From an uncultured Gammaproteobacteria bacterium (lineage in GTDB: Bacteria > Patescibacteriota > Microgenomatia > Levybacterales > GWA1-39-11): a stretch of DNA of 64,000 nt. Below are positions 29,463 to 38,836 of this stretch, in pieces (the first letter of the stretch is position 1; each line of letters starts with the position of its first letter). A program made the position numbers and the translations under genes. The notes under the pieces were generated by a model, which did no database searches, was not told the origin of the DNA, and was given only the letters and a program-made list of their open reading frames with translations. Location of the stretch: positions 705,793 through 769,792 of the forward strand of contig CAYRKM010000001.1 in the NCBI GenBank assembly GCA_964425075.1, in the 5' to 3' direction.

Positions 29463-30574
29463 AAATTCTTATTTATAACTGGCGTGATTTAAAACATGAA
29501 TGGGCTGGGGGTAGTGAAGTATACATTTTTGAGTTGGCTAAAAGGTGGGTAGATATGGGTCATGAAGTAACTCTGTTTTGCGGACAAAATGTTAGAAATA
29601 ATCTTAAGGAAGAAGAAATGGTTGGAAAAATAAAAATTTATAGAAAGGGGAACAAATTTACACTTTATTTCTGGGGAGCATATTATTATCTAACAAAATT
29701 TCATGGACAATTTGATGTGATTGTTGATGTTGAAAACGGTACACCATTCTTTACGCCATTGTTTTCAAGAACTCCAAAGGTGTGTCTGGTGCACCATGTG
29801 CATGGGAGTCAATTTTTTTACGAATTCCCTTTTCCACTAAGTTATGTCGGATTTTTTATAGAAAGATATTTTTTTCCGCTTTTTTACAAAAATATTCCCA
29901 TTATTGCTGTTTCTAATACAACAAAAAACAAATTGGTTAAATTGGGATTTCGAAAAAACAACATTAGTGTTGTTTATAATGCTGTCAAAAGTATAAAAAA
30001 ATCAAGCTTTACCCAAGCAAGATTTTCTCATCCCACTTTTGTTTATTTGGGAAGGATTAAGAAATATAAAAGAGTGGATATGTTGGTTAGAATTATGCCA
30101 GAAATTTTGAAAAAAGTGCCAAATGCAAGCCTTATTATTGCAGGCTGGGGAACAGAAGCATCGACAATTGCTGATATCTCAATGCGAAGCGCGGTTAGAA
30201 AAAAGGTAAAAATAATGGGTCCTGTCTCTGAAAGTGAAAAAAAACATCTTCTTGCAAAATCATGGGTTTTTGTGAACCCTTCAATAGGAGAGGGTTGGGG
30301 CCTTTCCGTTATTGAGGCCAATCTTTATGGAACACCGGCAATCGCTTTTAGGGTGCCTGGTTTGTCAGAGTCTATTAGAGATAAAGAAACTGGACTTCTT
30401 GTGGACAGTGAAAAAGATTTAGTAAACAAAATATTGTTTGTTCTAATGAATTCAAAAGAAAGGGAAAGGTTGAGTAAGAACGCGCTTGCATGGGCAAAGC
30501 AATTTAATTGGGACGAGTCTGCTGTTAAGAGTAGCCATATTCTTAGGAATGCTCTGAAAAGACAAAATGCTTAA
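29459..30574 (+). CDS. GT4 family glycosyltransferase
   Basis: 371 aa. GEGWGLSVIEANLYGTPAIAFRVPGLSESI motif. Confidence 0.7.
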   Translation: MKILIYNWRDLKHEWAGGSEVYIFELAKRWVDMGHEVTLFCGQNVRNNLKEEEMVGKIKIYRKGNKFTLYFWGAYYYLTKFHGQFDVIVDVENGTPFFTPLFSRTPKVCLVHHVHGSQFFYEFPFPLSYVGFFIERYFFPLFYKNIPIIAVSNTTKNKLVKLGFRKNNISVVYNAVKSIKKSSFTQARFSHPTFVYLGRIKKYKRVDMLVRIMPEILKKVPNASLIIAGWGTEASTIADISMRSAVRKKVKIMGPVSESEKKHLLAKSWVFVNPSIGEGWGLSVIEANLYGTPAIAFRVPGLSESIRDKETGLLVDSEKDLVNKILFVLMNSKERERLSKNALAWAKQFNWDESAVKSSHILRNALKRQNA

Positions 30575-31898
30575 AAATATATTTAAATCACCTCAAATAT
30601 TATTTATTTTTCTCTTAATTTTAATTGTTGGATTACATCTTAGAGCTCACAATTTAATTACCTGGCCACGTCTTGGTGCAACTTTCGATGAATATGCTTG
30701 GACATGGCAAGGGGTAAGTCTTATTCAGGATGGAATGCCTCAATCTTGGTCATATCATCCACAATACAAAAACCGCAAAGAAATTAAATATCAAAAAGCA
30801 ACATTCATATTGGTAAAGCCCTACCTTGAGCACCCTCCGCTATTTGGTTTGGTTGCGGGTTCCTACGCATTGCTTACTGGTTCTAATAATATGTTTGACA
30901 TCAACATTCCTACCATGCGTGGTCTTGCATTAATTTTGGGGGCATTAAGCATTACCATGGTGTTTTTTGTTGCAGGTAAAATTTATGGACCCGGTATTGG
31001 ATTGCTGTCTTCTCTCCTTTATGCAGTGATTCCTACGATTGCTGTTGGTTCGAGAATTGTTCAGAATGAAAACTTTTTTATTCCCATGTGGCTTTTATCC
31101 ATCTATTTCGCAATTTTGTATCTAGAAAAAAATAAGTCGATTTTTCGAAATATAGCAATAATAATCGCGTCCCTCCTAATTCTTTCTAAAATTCCTTGGA
31201 TTGCTGCCCCTTTTTCTATAGGCATCATCTTTCTTTTTAGTAAAAAATATAAGGATATAACTATTCTTTTAATTAGCGTGCTAGCGGTTTTTTTGGCTTA
31301 TTTTCTTTACGGATTTTATTACGATAGAGAAGTTTTTTTGGGTTTGTGGGGGCTTCAGCTTAATCGCTATGATTTAGCTTTTGATAGTATTTATGCACTT
31401 TTTCAAAAGCCATATCTTGCTGATAGATATTATACGGATGGGTGGATTTTTTGGGGATGGATATCCTTTGTTCTTTTATTAATTAAAGACTTTAGGAAAA
31501 ACTTTATTTTAATTTCAGTACTTCTTTCTTATTTTCTGGTTTTCTTAGCTGGTATCCCTGATGAATCAGGTCATGGGTGGTATAGATACCCCTTCTATCC
31601 ATTTCTTGCGATTTCAATTGCGCTTTTCATAAAGGAATATTTTGCAAAAAATTGGGTTTTGACATTTCTTTTTTTGGTTTTTGTTGGAACAACGCTTATG
31701 AATTTAGTATGGACTCCAAAATTTGGATTCTCTTATCCAATATTTAGGTTAAGTATTATTAGTTGGGCACTAGTTCTTGTCCCATTGTACATAAGCGATA
31801 AAAAGATAATTTTATTTGGAAAAATTGTTAGTTATTCTTGGTTAATAATTTTAATAATGATGAGTATCAGGGCAATTATTTATTATAACGAGATGTAG
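30567..31898 (+). CDS. ArnT/PMT_2-like membrane glycosyltransferase (GT-C)
   Basis: 443 aa. ATFDEYAWTWQG acidic motif after TM1 and YLEHPPLFGLV (the xPPL motif). Confidence 0.55.
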   Translation: MLKNIFKSPQILFIFLLILIVGLHLRAHNLITWPRLGATFDEYAWTWQGVSLIQDGMPQSWSYHPQYKNRKEIKYQKATFILVKPYLEHPPLFGLVAGSYALLTGSNNMFDINIPTMRGLALILGALSITMVFFVAGKIYGPGIGLLSSLLYAVIPTIAVGSRIVQNENFFIPMWLLSIYFAILYLEKNKSIFRNIAIIIASLLILSKIPWIAAPFSIGIIFLFSKKYKDITILLISVLAVFLAYFLYGFYYDREVFLGLWGLQLNRYDLAFDSIYALFQKPYLADRYYTDGWIFWGWISFVLLLIKDFRKNFILISVLLSYFLVFLAGIPDESGHGWYRYPFYPFLAISIALFIKEYFAKNWVLTFLFLVFVGTTLMNLVWTPKFGFSYPIFRLSIISWALVLVPLYISDKKIILFGKIVSYSWLIILIMMSIRAIIYYNEM

Positions 31899-31915
31899 TA
31901 TAATGTACTCATAAA

Positions 31916-32809
31916 ATGCGCAAAGCTTGCGGACAATATCCTAAAGCGCAAGCGAAATACAATTTTAAATTTATGTTTGGAAGAGAATATTCTAATTACC
32001 CCGAAATCCTTCTTTCCTCTTTTCGGCAAATGAATTCAAAATATAAAAAAATAGGCAAGAAAAGCAATAATAATTTGCTTCAAAAAATTTATATCTACTT
32101 GTTTGGAATTCCCGAAATAGGGTTTCAAATCAGGAGCATGTATTTTAATTCTATAATAGAAAAAAAATTGGGTAGGAAGAACCTTAAAAATATTCTTGAT
32201 GCTGGAAGTGGAATAGGAACATATGCTTTTTGGCTTTCAAAAAAATATCCTAAAGCAAAAGTCACAGGTGGAGAAGTTGACGCTGAGAAAATAGAGTTTA
32301 GTAAAAGGTTTGCAAAAGAAAGAAAAATAGAAAACACAGAATTTAAGAAAATGGATATTACTAAACTTACTGGAAAGAAAGATGGATTTGATTTAATAGT
32401 AAATATTGACGTTCTAGAACATATTGATGATTATAAAAAAGTTATAGCAAATTTTAAAAAAATACTTAGTCCAAGGGGTTATCTTTTTATACACACACCC
32501 CAGCCCAACCAAAAAAGAATTTTTAAAAGCACTAGAAATTGGTCGCATGAAGACCATAAGCACGAAGGATATGAGCCGTCTGAGTTAAGAAAAACACTTG
32601 AAGACAATGGTTTTAAGGTGTTAGTTATGAAAGAGACGTTTGGATATTTTGGAAAACTTGCATGGGAACTGAATCATATGAGTTTTAAAAAAGGATTTAT
32701 AGTTGCAGGCCTTCTTTACCCGATAACTTATGTGGTCTCAAAAGCAGATCTTTTAGTTAATAATAAGGGTGGATTGGGAACAGCTCTTCTTGTTCAGAAA
32801 AAGAATTAA
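31916..32809 (+). CDS. Class I SAM-dependent methyltransferase
   Basis: 297 aa. ILDAGSGIGTYAFWL (motif I) and DLIVNIDVLEHI (motif II/III). The true start may be a downstream Met. Confidence 0.65.
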   Translation: MRKACGQYPKAQAKYNFKFMFGREYSNYPEILLSSFRQMNSKYKKIGKKSNNNLLQKIYIYLFGIPEIGFQIRSMYFNSIIEKKLGRKNLKNILDAGSGIGTYAFWLSKKYPKAKVTGGEVDAEKIEFSKRFAKERKIENTEFKKMDITKLTGKKDGFDLIVNIDVLEHIDDYKKVIANFKKILSPRGYLFIHTPQPNQKRIFKSTRNWSHEDHKHEGYEPSELRKTLEDNGFKVLVMKETFGYFGKLAWELNHMSFKKGFIVAGLLYPITYVVSKADLLVNNKGGLGTALLVQKKN

Positions 32810-34008
32810 ATATACTTTTTAAGGAAAGCTTCGAATAATTCTTCAAGTCTCTTTATGTGTTTCTTTTCCAGTCCATGATGACATCCAATAACAAATGCAT
32901 TTTTCATTATCTCATCAGTAACGGGAAACTTTTCTTTTCCACTTGCTAAACCTTTGAATGCAGGCTGGCGCAAAATATTTCCCGTAAAAACGGGTCTTGT
33001 TTGTACATTATTTTTTTCAAGGTAGGTGGTAATTTCCTTTCTGGTAAATCCAGCACCACTTTTAATTGTAAGTGGATATGCAAGCCACTGTGTTTTTATT
33101 GTTTTATCTTGTATTGGCAAAACAAATAATTTTTGGTATTTCGTGAAGAATTTGCTAAGCTCCGCAAAATTTTCCTCTCTTATTTTTCTAAATTTAGGCA
33201 ATTTTGCTAATTGTACGTTTCCAAAAGCAGAACACATCTCGTTAGGGAGTAAATTATAAGCGATTTCATCAAATATAAATTTCGCATCATAATCAATTGG
33301 TCCAATTTTGTATTTAAATCGTTTGTTAATATCTTCTGATTCGCTAAAGAGAGAAGAACTTCTTCCCCAACCTCTTAATACCTTAGCTCTGTCAGCCCAT
33401 TTTGGATTATTCACCATCAGCATTCCGCCATTACCCCCTGCTGTTATGATATGAGATCCGAAGAATGACGTTGTAGTAATGTCTGAATATTTTCCCGTTG
33501 GGTCTCCATTAATTTTGGCCCCGAGAGTATCGCAAGAATCTTCTATCAAAAAGAGTTTATATTTATTTGCAATCATTCTTAATTTTTTCATATCCGGGAC
33601 ATTTCCTAGCAAAAGCGGAATCATTAATGCTTTTGTTTTTTTTGTAATTTTTTTCTCTATGTCATCAACATTAATGATATATTTTCCAGGGACTACATCG
33701 ACAAAAACTGGCTTTAATCCGTGTTGAAGTAATGGTGCTACGGTTGTTGAAAAGGTTAGGACTGGAGTTATAACCTCAGAACCTGGTGGAAGCGAAAGCA
33801 GGGAAATGGCAATAAAATTTGCAGAAGAGCCTGAATTTACCATAATTCCATATTTTTTTGAATTGATTGCAGCTACCTTTTTTTCAAAAGTCTTAGTTTC
33901 AATTCCCATGTTGGAGCGATGCTCTTTAAGGACATTTACTACAGCTTTTATTTCTTTTTCATCGTAAACAGAAAGAGCGTAAGGAACTCGAAGTGGTGTT
34001 TGTTTCAT
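32806..34008 (-). CDS. DegT/DnrJ/EryC1-family PLP/PMP enzyme with His in place of the Schiff-base Lys: sugar 3-dehydratase type (ColD/E1-like)
   Basis: 400 aa. EDSCDTLGA and TTSFFGSHIITAGGNGG align with the SFxxxKxIT...EGG motif of sugar aminotransferases, but the Lys position is H. Confidence 0.55.
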   Translation of the reverse strand: MKQTPLRVPYALSVYDEKEIKAVVNVLKEHRSNMGIETKTFEKKVAAINSKKYGIMVNSGSSANFIAISLLSLPPGSEVITPVLTFSTTVAPLLQHGLKPVFVDVVPGKYIINVDDIEKKITKKTKALMIPLLLGNVPDMKKLRMIANKYKLFLIEDSCDTLGAKINGDPTGKYSDITTTSFFGSHIITAGGNGGMLMVNNPKWADRAKVLRGWGRSSSLFSESEDINKRFKYKIGPIDYDAKFIFDEIAYNLLPNEMCSAFGNVQLAKLPKFRKIREENFAELSKFFTKYQKLFVLPIQDKTIKTQWLAYPLTIKSGAGFTRKEITTYLEKNNVQTRPVFTGNILRQPAFKGLASGKEKFPVTDEIMKNAFVIGCHHGLEKKHIKRLEELFEAFLKKYI

Positions 34009-34089
34009 ATTGCAATTATATTAATCTTTTCCTGTAATAACAAGACATTTTACATATTTTAGAGTTTAAATATATTAGCAATTTACCTA

Positions 34090-34098
34090 TGATAAAAT
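34090..34098 (+). promoter_or_regulatory. Extended -10 element TGaTAAAAT, 7 nt upstream of ATG 34105 (possible leaderless start)
   Basis: TGnTAAAAT at 34090..34098 places the predicted TSS at the A of the ATG. The region is AT-rich, so specificity is low. Confidence 0.2.
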
Positions 34099-34104
34099 TA
34101 CACA

Positions 34105-35115
34105 ATGAAAACCCACCCCCCATTATCCATTATTATTGTTGCCCTTAACGCAGAAAGGACAATTAAGGACTGTCTTAAATATATTGAAAATCAAACATAC
34201 AAAAACATAGCGGAAGTTTTAATAGTTGATGGGGGAAGTACAGACAATACGCTTACAATAGCCAATAATTCAAACCTTCCAATCAAAATTATTAAGGGTG
34301 GGTACAAGAATAATCAGGAAGCAAGAAGATCGGTCGGATTAAAAAAGGCAAAGAATGAACTTTGTGTCTATCTAGACACCGATAATTTTATTCTTGACAA
34401 ATCGTGGCTTGAGAAAATGGTCGAACCATTAATTACTCATAAAGAAGTTATCGCTTCACAAACACTTCGATATGCGGTTCCGAAGAACACCACGTTACTA
34501 AATAGGTATTTTGGGTTGATTGGTGCAAGTGACCCAGTTGCATATTATTTAGGAAAAGACGATAGATTGAGTTGGGCGTTTGATAAGTGGAATTTAAGGG
34601 GGAAGGTTTTAAAGGATTATAAAAAATACATAATTGTAGATTTTAGACCGGACATGTATCCCACAGTAGGTTGTAATGGTATAGTTTTTAGACGCTCGAA
34701 TCTCCTTAAATCAAATTGGGGTAATCCTGAAAATTATATACACACTGACGTATTTGTTGATGTTGCAAAATTGGGATATACAAAATTTGCAATTGTAAAA
34801 AATGAGATATTTCATAATACGGCTGAGAATATTTTTACTTTTTTTCAAAAGAGGAGGAGGTACATGGGTATATATCATGGAAATCTTAATAAAAAAAGAC
34901 GCCATCTCACATTTGACCCAAAAAGTCGCAGCGATGTTTTTAGGCTTTTCCTTTTTTTGATTTTTTCCTTAACCCTTATTGAGCCTTTAGCAGAGTCAAT
35001 AAGAGGATTTATAAAAAAAAGAGACATTGCGTGGTTTCTTCATCCAATTATTTGTCTTGGTATAATGCTTGTATATTCAGAAGTAACCTTAAGGAGAGCT
35101 ATTTTTAAAAAATAA
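34105..35115 (+). CDS. GT2 family glycosyltransferase with a C-terminal TM segment; paralog of 50332..51396
   Basis: 336 aa. LSIIIVALNAERTI...IVDGGSTDNT. The C-terminal AWFLHPIICLGIMLV is shared with 50332 (AWFLHPLMCLLMVV). Confidence 0.65.
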   Translation: MKTHPPLSIIIVALNAERTIKDCLKYIENQTYKNIAEVLIVDGGSTDNTLTIANNSNLPIKIIKGGYKNNQEARRSVGLKKAKNELCVYLDTDNFILDKSWLEKMVEPLITHKEVIASQTLRYAVPKNTTLLNRYFGLIGASDPVAYYLGKDDRLSWAFDKWNLRGKVLKDYKKYIIVDFRPDMYPTVGCNGIVFRRSNLLKSNWGNPENYIHTDVFVDVAKLGYTKFAIVKNEIFHNTAENIFTFFQKRRRYMGIYHGNLNKKRRHLTFDPKSRSDVFRLFLFLIFSLTLIEPLAESIRGFIKKRDIAWFLHPIICLGIMLVYSEVTLRRAIFKK

Positions 35116-35116
35116 T

Positions 35117-35989
35117 ATGACAAAAATTTTAATTTTTGGTGGACATGGTTTTATTGGTTTGAATATTCGAGATATCTTTATGGAAAATAGTGATTTTAAA
35201 ATCATTTCACCAACATCAAAAGAATGTGATCTTTTGAATCTGAATGATGTTAAAAGGATTATTAGGAAAGAGAAACCTGAAATTATTATTAATGCCGCAT
35301 TTGTTGGTGTTAGTGCTCGCATAAAATTTTCTGCGGATTATATTTTTACCAATACAACTTTAATAACAAATATTTTGCAATCATGCATTAATCAAAAAAA
35401 CATAAAAAAAATCATTCATTTTGGTTCAGCAGCGGAGTATGGTGATTCTGAAAAATTGATTGACGAGAATTTTTCAATTGCTCCCAAAAATATTTACGCT
35501 ACGGCAAAAGCAATTTCATCTCTTGCTGCACTGCAAATGCAAAGAGAATATGATCTTCCACTAATAATAATAAGACCATTCTATCTTTATGGCCCACATA
35601 ATAATAAAGGAGTTTTGTTAGACGTAGTCAGTGCAGTTGTAAAAAACGAGACACTATCAGTAACGAAGGGGGAGCAAGCAAGAGATTATATGTACGTGAA
35701 GGATCTAGCAAAAATAATTCTTAGGATTTGCCAACAACCTGAGTTGTTTAAAAATGGAGAGATTTACAATGTTGGCACGGGTAAGGGAGTAAGGCTTAAT
35801 CAAGTCTTTAAAATAATATTTGAATTATTTAAGAAAAAACCGTCATATTCCTATAGACCTTATAATAAATATGAATATTTTCATCAAGTCGCTGATAATA
35901 AAAAAATAAATAAGATATTAAAAATGAAATATACACCAATTGCCAAAGGTATGAAAGAGACGATTAGACTATTGCAGCAAGAAAAATAG
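35117..35989 (+). CDS. NAD(P)-dependent sugar epimerase/reductase (SDR); candidate CDP-dideoxyhexose 4-reductase (RfbJ/RfbS-like) or fucose-synthase-like
   Basis: 290 aa. IFGGHGFIG Rossmann motif and catalytic YATAK. Lies directly upstream of rfbF/rfbG. Confidence 0.5.
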   Translation: MTKILIFGGHGFIGLNIRDIFMENSDFKIISPTSKECDLLNLNDVKRIIRKEKPEIIINAAFVGVSARIKFSADYIFTNTTLITNILQSCINQKNIKKIIHFGSAAEYGDSEKLIDENFSIAPKNIYATAKAISSLAALQMQREYDLPLIIIRPFYLYGPHNNKGVLLDVVSAVVKNETLSVTKGEQARDYMYVKDLAKIILRICQQPELFKNGEIYNVGTGKGVRLNQVFKIIFELFKKKPSYSYRPYNKYEYFHQVADNKKINKILKMKYTPIAKGMKETIRLLQQEK

Positions 35990-36028
35990 CGTTGCAATTA
36001 CCCTTCTTAAAGGGTATATTAAACCCAT

Positions 36029-36808
36029 ATGAAAACAGTAATATTGGCAGGTGGCTTAGGATATAGATTAAAGGAAGAAACGGAATTTAAGCCAAAACCA
36101 ATGGTCCTAATAGGTGGTAAGCCAATGCTTTGGCATATAATGAAAATATATTCTCACTATGGTTTCAATGAATTTATAATAGCACTTGGTTATAAAGGAG
36201 ACTACATAAAGCAATATTTTCTAAATCAACAACATTACGCTAACAACTTCACAATAAACACAAAAACAGGTGTCACAAAATTTCATAAAAAGGATGAAAG
36301 CATAGATAATTTCAAGATAACCTTTGTTAATACAGGTGAGGAGACACAGCCAGGAGAAAGAATATTAAAAATAAAAAAGTTTATTCCTAAAGAGGATAAG
36401 TATTTTATGGTTACATATGGTGATGGAGTGGCAGACATTAACATAAAGGAGCTTGTTAAGTTTCACAAAAAACAAAAAACAATAGGTACTGTTACGGGAG
36501 TCCACCCAGGTTCTAGCAGATATGGTCTTTTGAAAGAGAATAGTAAAAATATAGTTACAGAGTTTGCAGAAAAGCCTATGGTGAAAGAAACAGTGAATGG
36601 AGGTTTTATGGTTTTTGATAAAAAAATATTTAATTTCATAAAAGAGGGGGAATTGGAACATGAAGCTCTTAAAAGACTCATCAAAATATCTCAACTTTCT
36701 GTTTTTAAGCACAGTGGATTTTGGCATTGCATGGATACATATCGCGATGTAGACGATCTTAACAAGTTATGGATTGAAGACCCCAAGTGGAAGTTATGGC
36801 GGGATTAA
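36029..36808 (+). CDS. rfbF: Glucose-1-phosphate cytidylyltransferase
   Basis: 259 aa. ILAGGLGYRLKEETEFKPKPMVLIGGKPMLWHIMKIYSHYG closely matches RfbF/DdhA. Confidence 0.8.
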   Translation: MKTVILAGGLGYRLKEETEFKPKPMVLIGGKPMLWHIMKIYSHYGFNEFIIALGYKGDYIKQYFLNQQHYANNFTINTKTGVTKFHKKDESIDNFKITFVNTGEETQPGERILKIKKFIPKEDKYFMVTYGDGVADINIKELVKFHKKQKTIGTVTGVHPGSSRYGLLKENSKNIVTEFAEKPMVKETVNGGFMVFDKKIFNFIKEGELEHEALKRLIKISQLSVFKHSGFWHCMDTYRDVDDLNKLWIEDPKWKLWRD

Positions 36809-37749
36809 CAAAACAAACTGTCCTTGTTACCGGTGGAACCGGATTTATTGGAAGTCATTTATCTTTAGCTTTAGCCAAAGCTGGATTTTCTGTAGTTGTA
36901 TTGGATATTGCAGTTAATCCTAATTCCTTTTTCTCGGTTGAAAAAATATATAGCTCCGTAATATTTGAGCTTTGTGATATTCGTGATAAAGATGCTGTCT
37001 TTAATATAGTACAAAAACACTCTCCAGACTATATTTTTCATCTTGCTGCAGAACCCATTGTGGAGAAAGCATTCGAGAATCCCTATTCTGCATTTGAGAC
37101 TAACATAATGGGTACGGTCAATGTCTTGGAGGCAGCACGTGGAAATGAAAATATAAAAGGTATTATCGTGACCTCCTCAGATAAAGCATACGGCAAAACT
37201 TTAAAAGCTTACACAGAAAACTCTGCTCTAAAGGGAGACCATCCATACGATGTTTCAAAATCAGCGCAGGATTTGATATCTCAAACATATTTTAAGACAT
37301 ACAATATGCCAATTGTAATAACACGCTTCGGTAATGTATATGGAGAGGGAGACATTCACCTAAACAGAATAATTCCTGGAATTTGTGAAGCGGTCATTAA
37401 AAATAAAACGCTTCAAATTAGAAGTAATGGAAAATATGTAAGAGATTATTTGTATGTTGGGGATGTTATTGCTGGATGTTTAGTGCTTTTAGAAAAATTT
37501 GAGAACAATATTGGGGAAGCATTTAATTTTTCATCAAGTGAGGGAATGAATGTCATTCAGGTCGTAAGATTAGCAGAAAAAGTTCTTGACAGAAAAATTC
37601 CTTTTAAAATTCTTGATATTGCCAAAAATGAAATTCCATATCAGCATCTTGATGACAAAAAAATTCGTAGGTTGGGTTTTAAGAATAAAGATAATTTTGC
37701 AAGCACTTTCCCAAAAATTATTACCTGGTACAGAAAAATTATTACTTAA
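36787..37749 (+). CDS. rfbG: CDP-glucose 4,6-dehydratase
   Basis: VTGGTGFIGSHLSLAL, CDIRD, IFHLAAEPIVEKAFENPYSAFETNIMGTVNVLEAAR and NIKGIIVTSSDKAYG align with RfbG/DdhB. The likely start is Met at 36796. Confidence 0.7.
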   Translation: MEVMAGLTKQTVLVTGGTGFIGSHLSLALAKAGFSVVVLDIAVNPNSFFSVEKIYSSVIFELCDIRDKDAVFNIVQKHSPDYIFHLAAEPIVEKAFENPYSAFETNIMGTVNVLEAARGNENIKGIIVTSSDKAYGKTLKAYTENSALKGDHPYDVSKSAQDLISQTYFKTYNMPIVITRFGNVYGEGDIHLNRIIPGICEAVIKNKTLQIRSNGKYVRDYLYVGDVIAGCLVLLEKFENNIGEAFNFSSSEGMNVIQVVRLAEKVLDRKIPFKILDIAKNEIPYQHLDDKKIRRLGFKNKDNFASTFPKIITWYRKIIT

Positions 37750-37813
37750 AAAGCTTTGTGGTATTCTTTAGCTGTTGAAATTAATTCAAAATGTGTTAAA
37801 TTAGATTTACAAA

Positions 37814-38836
37814 ATGGCAAAAAACGGATTAGTTAAAAATGGTTTGAAAGGACAAAAAAAGACAGCCTTAGTCTTGGGTGCAGGAGGTTTTATAGGAGGT
37901 CATTTAGTAAAAAGACTTAAGAAAGAAGGATTTTGGGTTAGGGGAGTTGATATTAAAAAACCAGAATATAGTGAGACTTTGGCTGACGAGTTTTATCTTG
38001 GAGACTTAAGAGATCAAGTTGTTTTTGCAAAAATAATGGATAAGCCATTTGATGAAGTTTATCAACTTGCAGCAGATATGGGAGGGGCTGGATATATTTT
38101 TTCAGGAGAACACGATGCAGACGTAATGCATAATTCTGCACAAATTAATTTAAACGCACTTCATTATGGTAGAAAGGCAAAAATCAAAAAAATATTCTTT
38201 TCCTCATCAGCCTGTATCTATCCAGAGCATAACCAATTAGATCCTGACAATCCAACAACCTCTGAGGAATCTGCATATCCTGCAGCTCCAGATAGTGAGT
38301 ATGGGTGGGAAAAATTATTCACAGAACGAATGTTTCTTGCGTACCACAGAAACTACGGAATGGAAGTTCGCATAGCAAGGTTCCACAACATTTTTGGTCC
38401 TGAAGGGGCATGGAATAATGGGAAAGAGAAGTCGCCTGCAGCAATTTGTAGAAAAATTGCACAAGCATCAAACGGAGGAACAATTGAAATGTGGGGGGAC
38501 GGAGAACAAACTAGGTCTTATCTTTATATAGATGAATGTTTGGAGGGAGTAAGGCGACTTATGAACTCGAATTTTACAGGACCCGTCAATATTGGGTCTG
38601 AGGAAATGGTAAGTATCAATAAGCTTGCCGAAACTGTTATGAAAATAGCCGGGAAGAAATTAAAAATAAAACACATAGAAGGCCCTCTGGGGGTTAGAGG
38701 TAGAAATTCAGACAATAAATTAATTGAAGAAAAATTGAAATGGAAACCAACAGCTCCACTTGCTGATGGTTTGAAGGAGACTTACGCCTGGATTGCTGCA
38801 CAAGTTGCGAAATCTGCGAAGTACATTCAAATATGA
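37814..38836 (+). CDS. GDP-mannose 3,5-epimerase homolog (GME family SDR)
   Basis: 340 aa. AADMGGAGYIFSGEHDADVMHNSAQINLNAL...FFSSSACIYPE, ARFHNIFGPEGAWNNGKEKSPAAICRK, MWGDGEQTRSYLYIDECLEGVRRLM and GPLGVRGRNSDNKLIEEKLKW are near-identical in pattern to plant GME. Confidence 0.7.
   Translation: MAKNGLVKNGLKGQKKTALVLGAGGFIGGHLVKRLKKEGFWVRGVDIKKPEYSETLADEFYLGDLRDQVVFAKIMDKPFDEVYQLAADMGGAGYIFSGEHDADVMHNSAQINLNALHYGRKAKIKKIFFSSSACIYPEHNQLDPDNPTTSEESAYPAAPDSEYGWEKLFTERMFLAYHRNYGMEVRIARFHNIFGPEGAWNNGKEKSPAAICRKIAQASNGGTIEMWGDGEQTRSYLYIDECLEGVRRLMNSNFTGPVNIGSEEMVSINKLAETVMKIAGKKLKIKHIEGPLGVRGRNSDNKLIEEKLKWKPTAPLADGLKETYAWIAAQVAKSAKYIQI

Noticed and set aside
32806-34008. Annotating the two DegT homologs as ordinary sugar aminotransferases (ArnB/PseC-like)
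   Set aside because: By manual alignment, both have His at the conserved Schiff-base Lys position. This fits 3-dehydratases (ColD/E1/SpnQ type), not transaminases.
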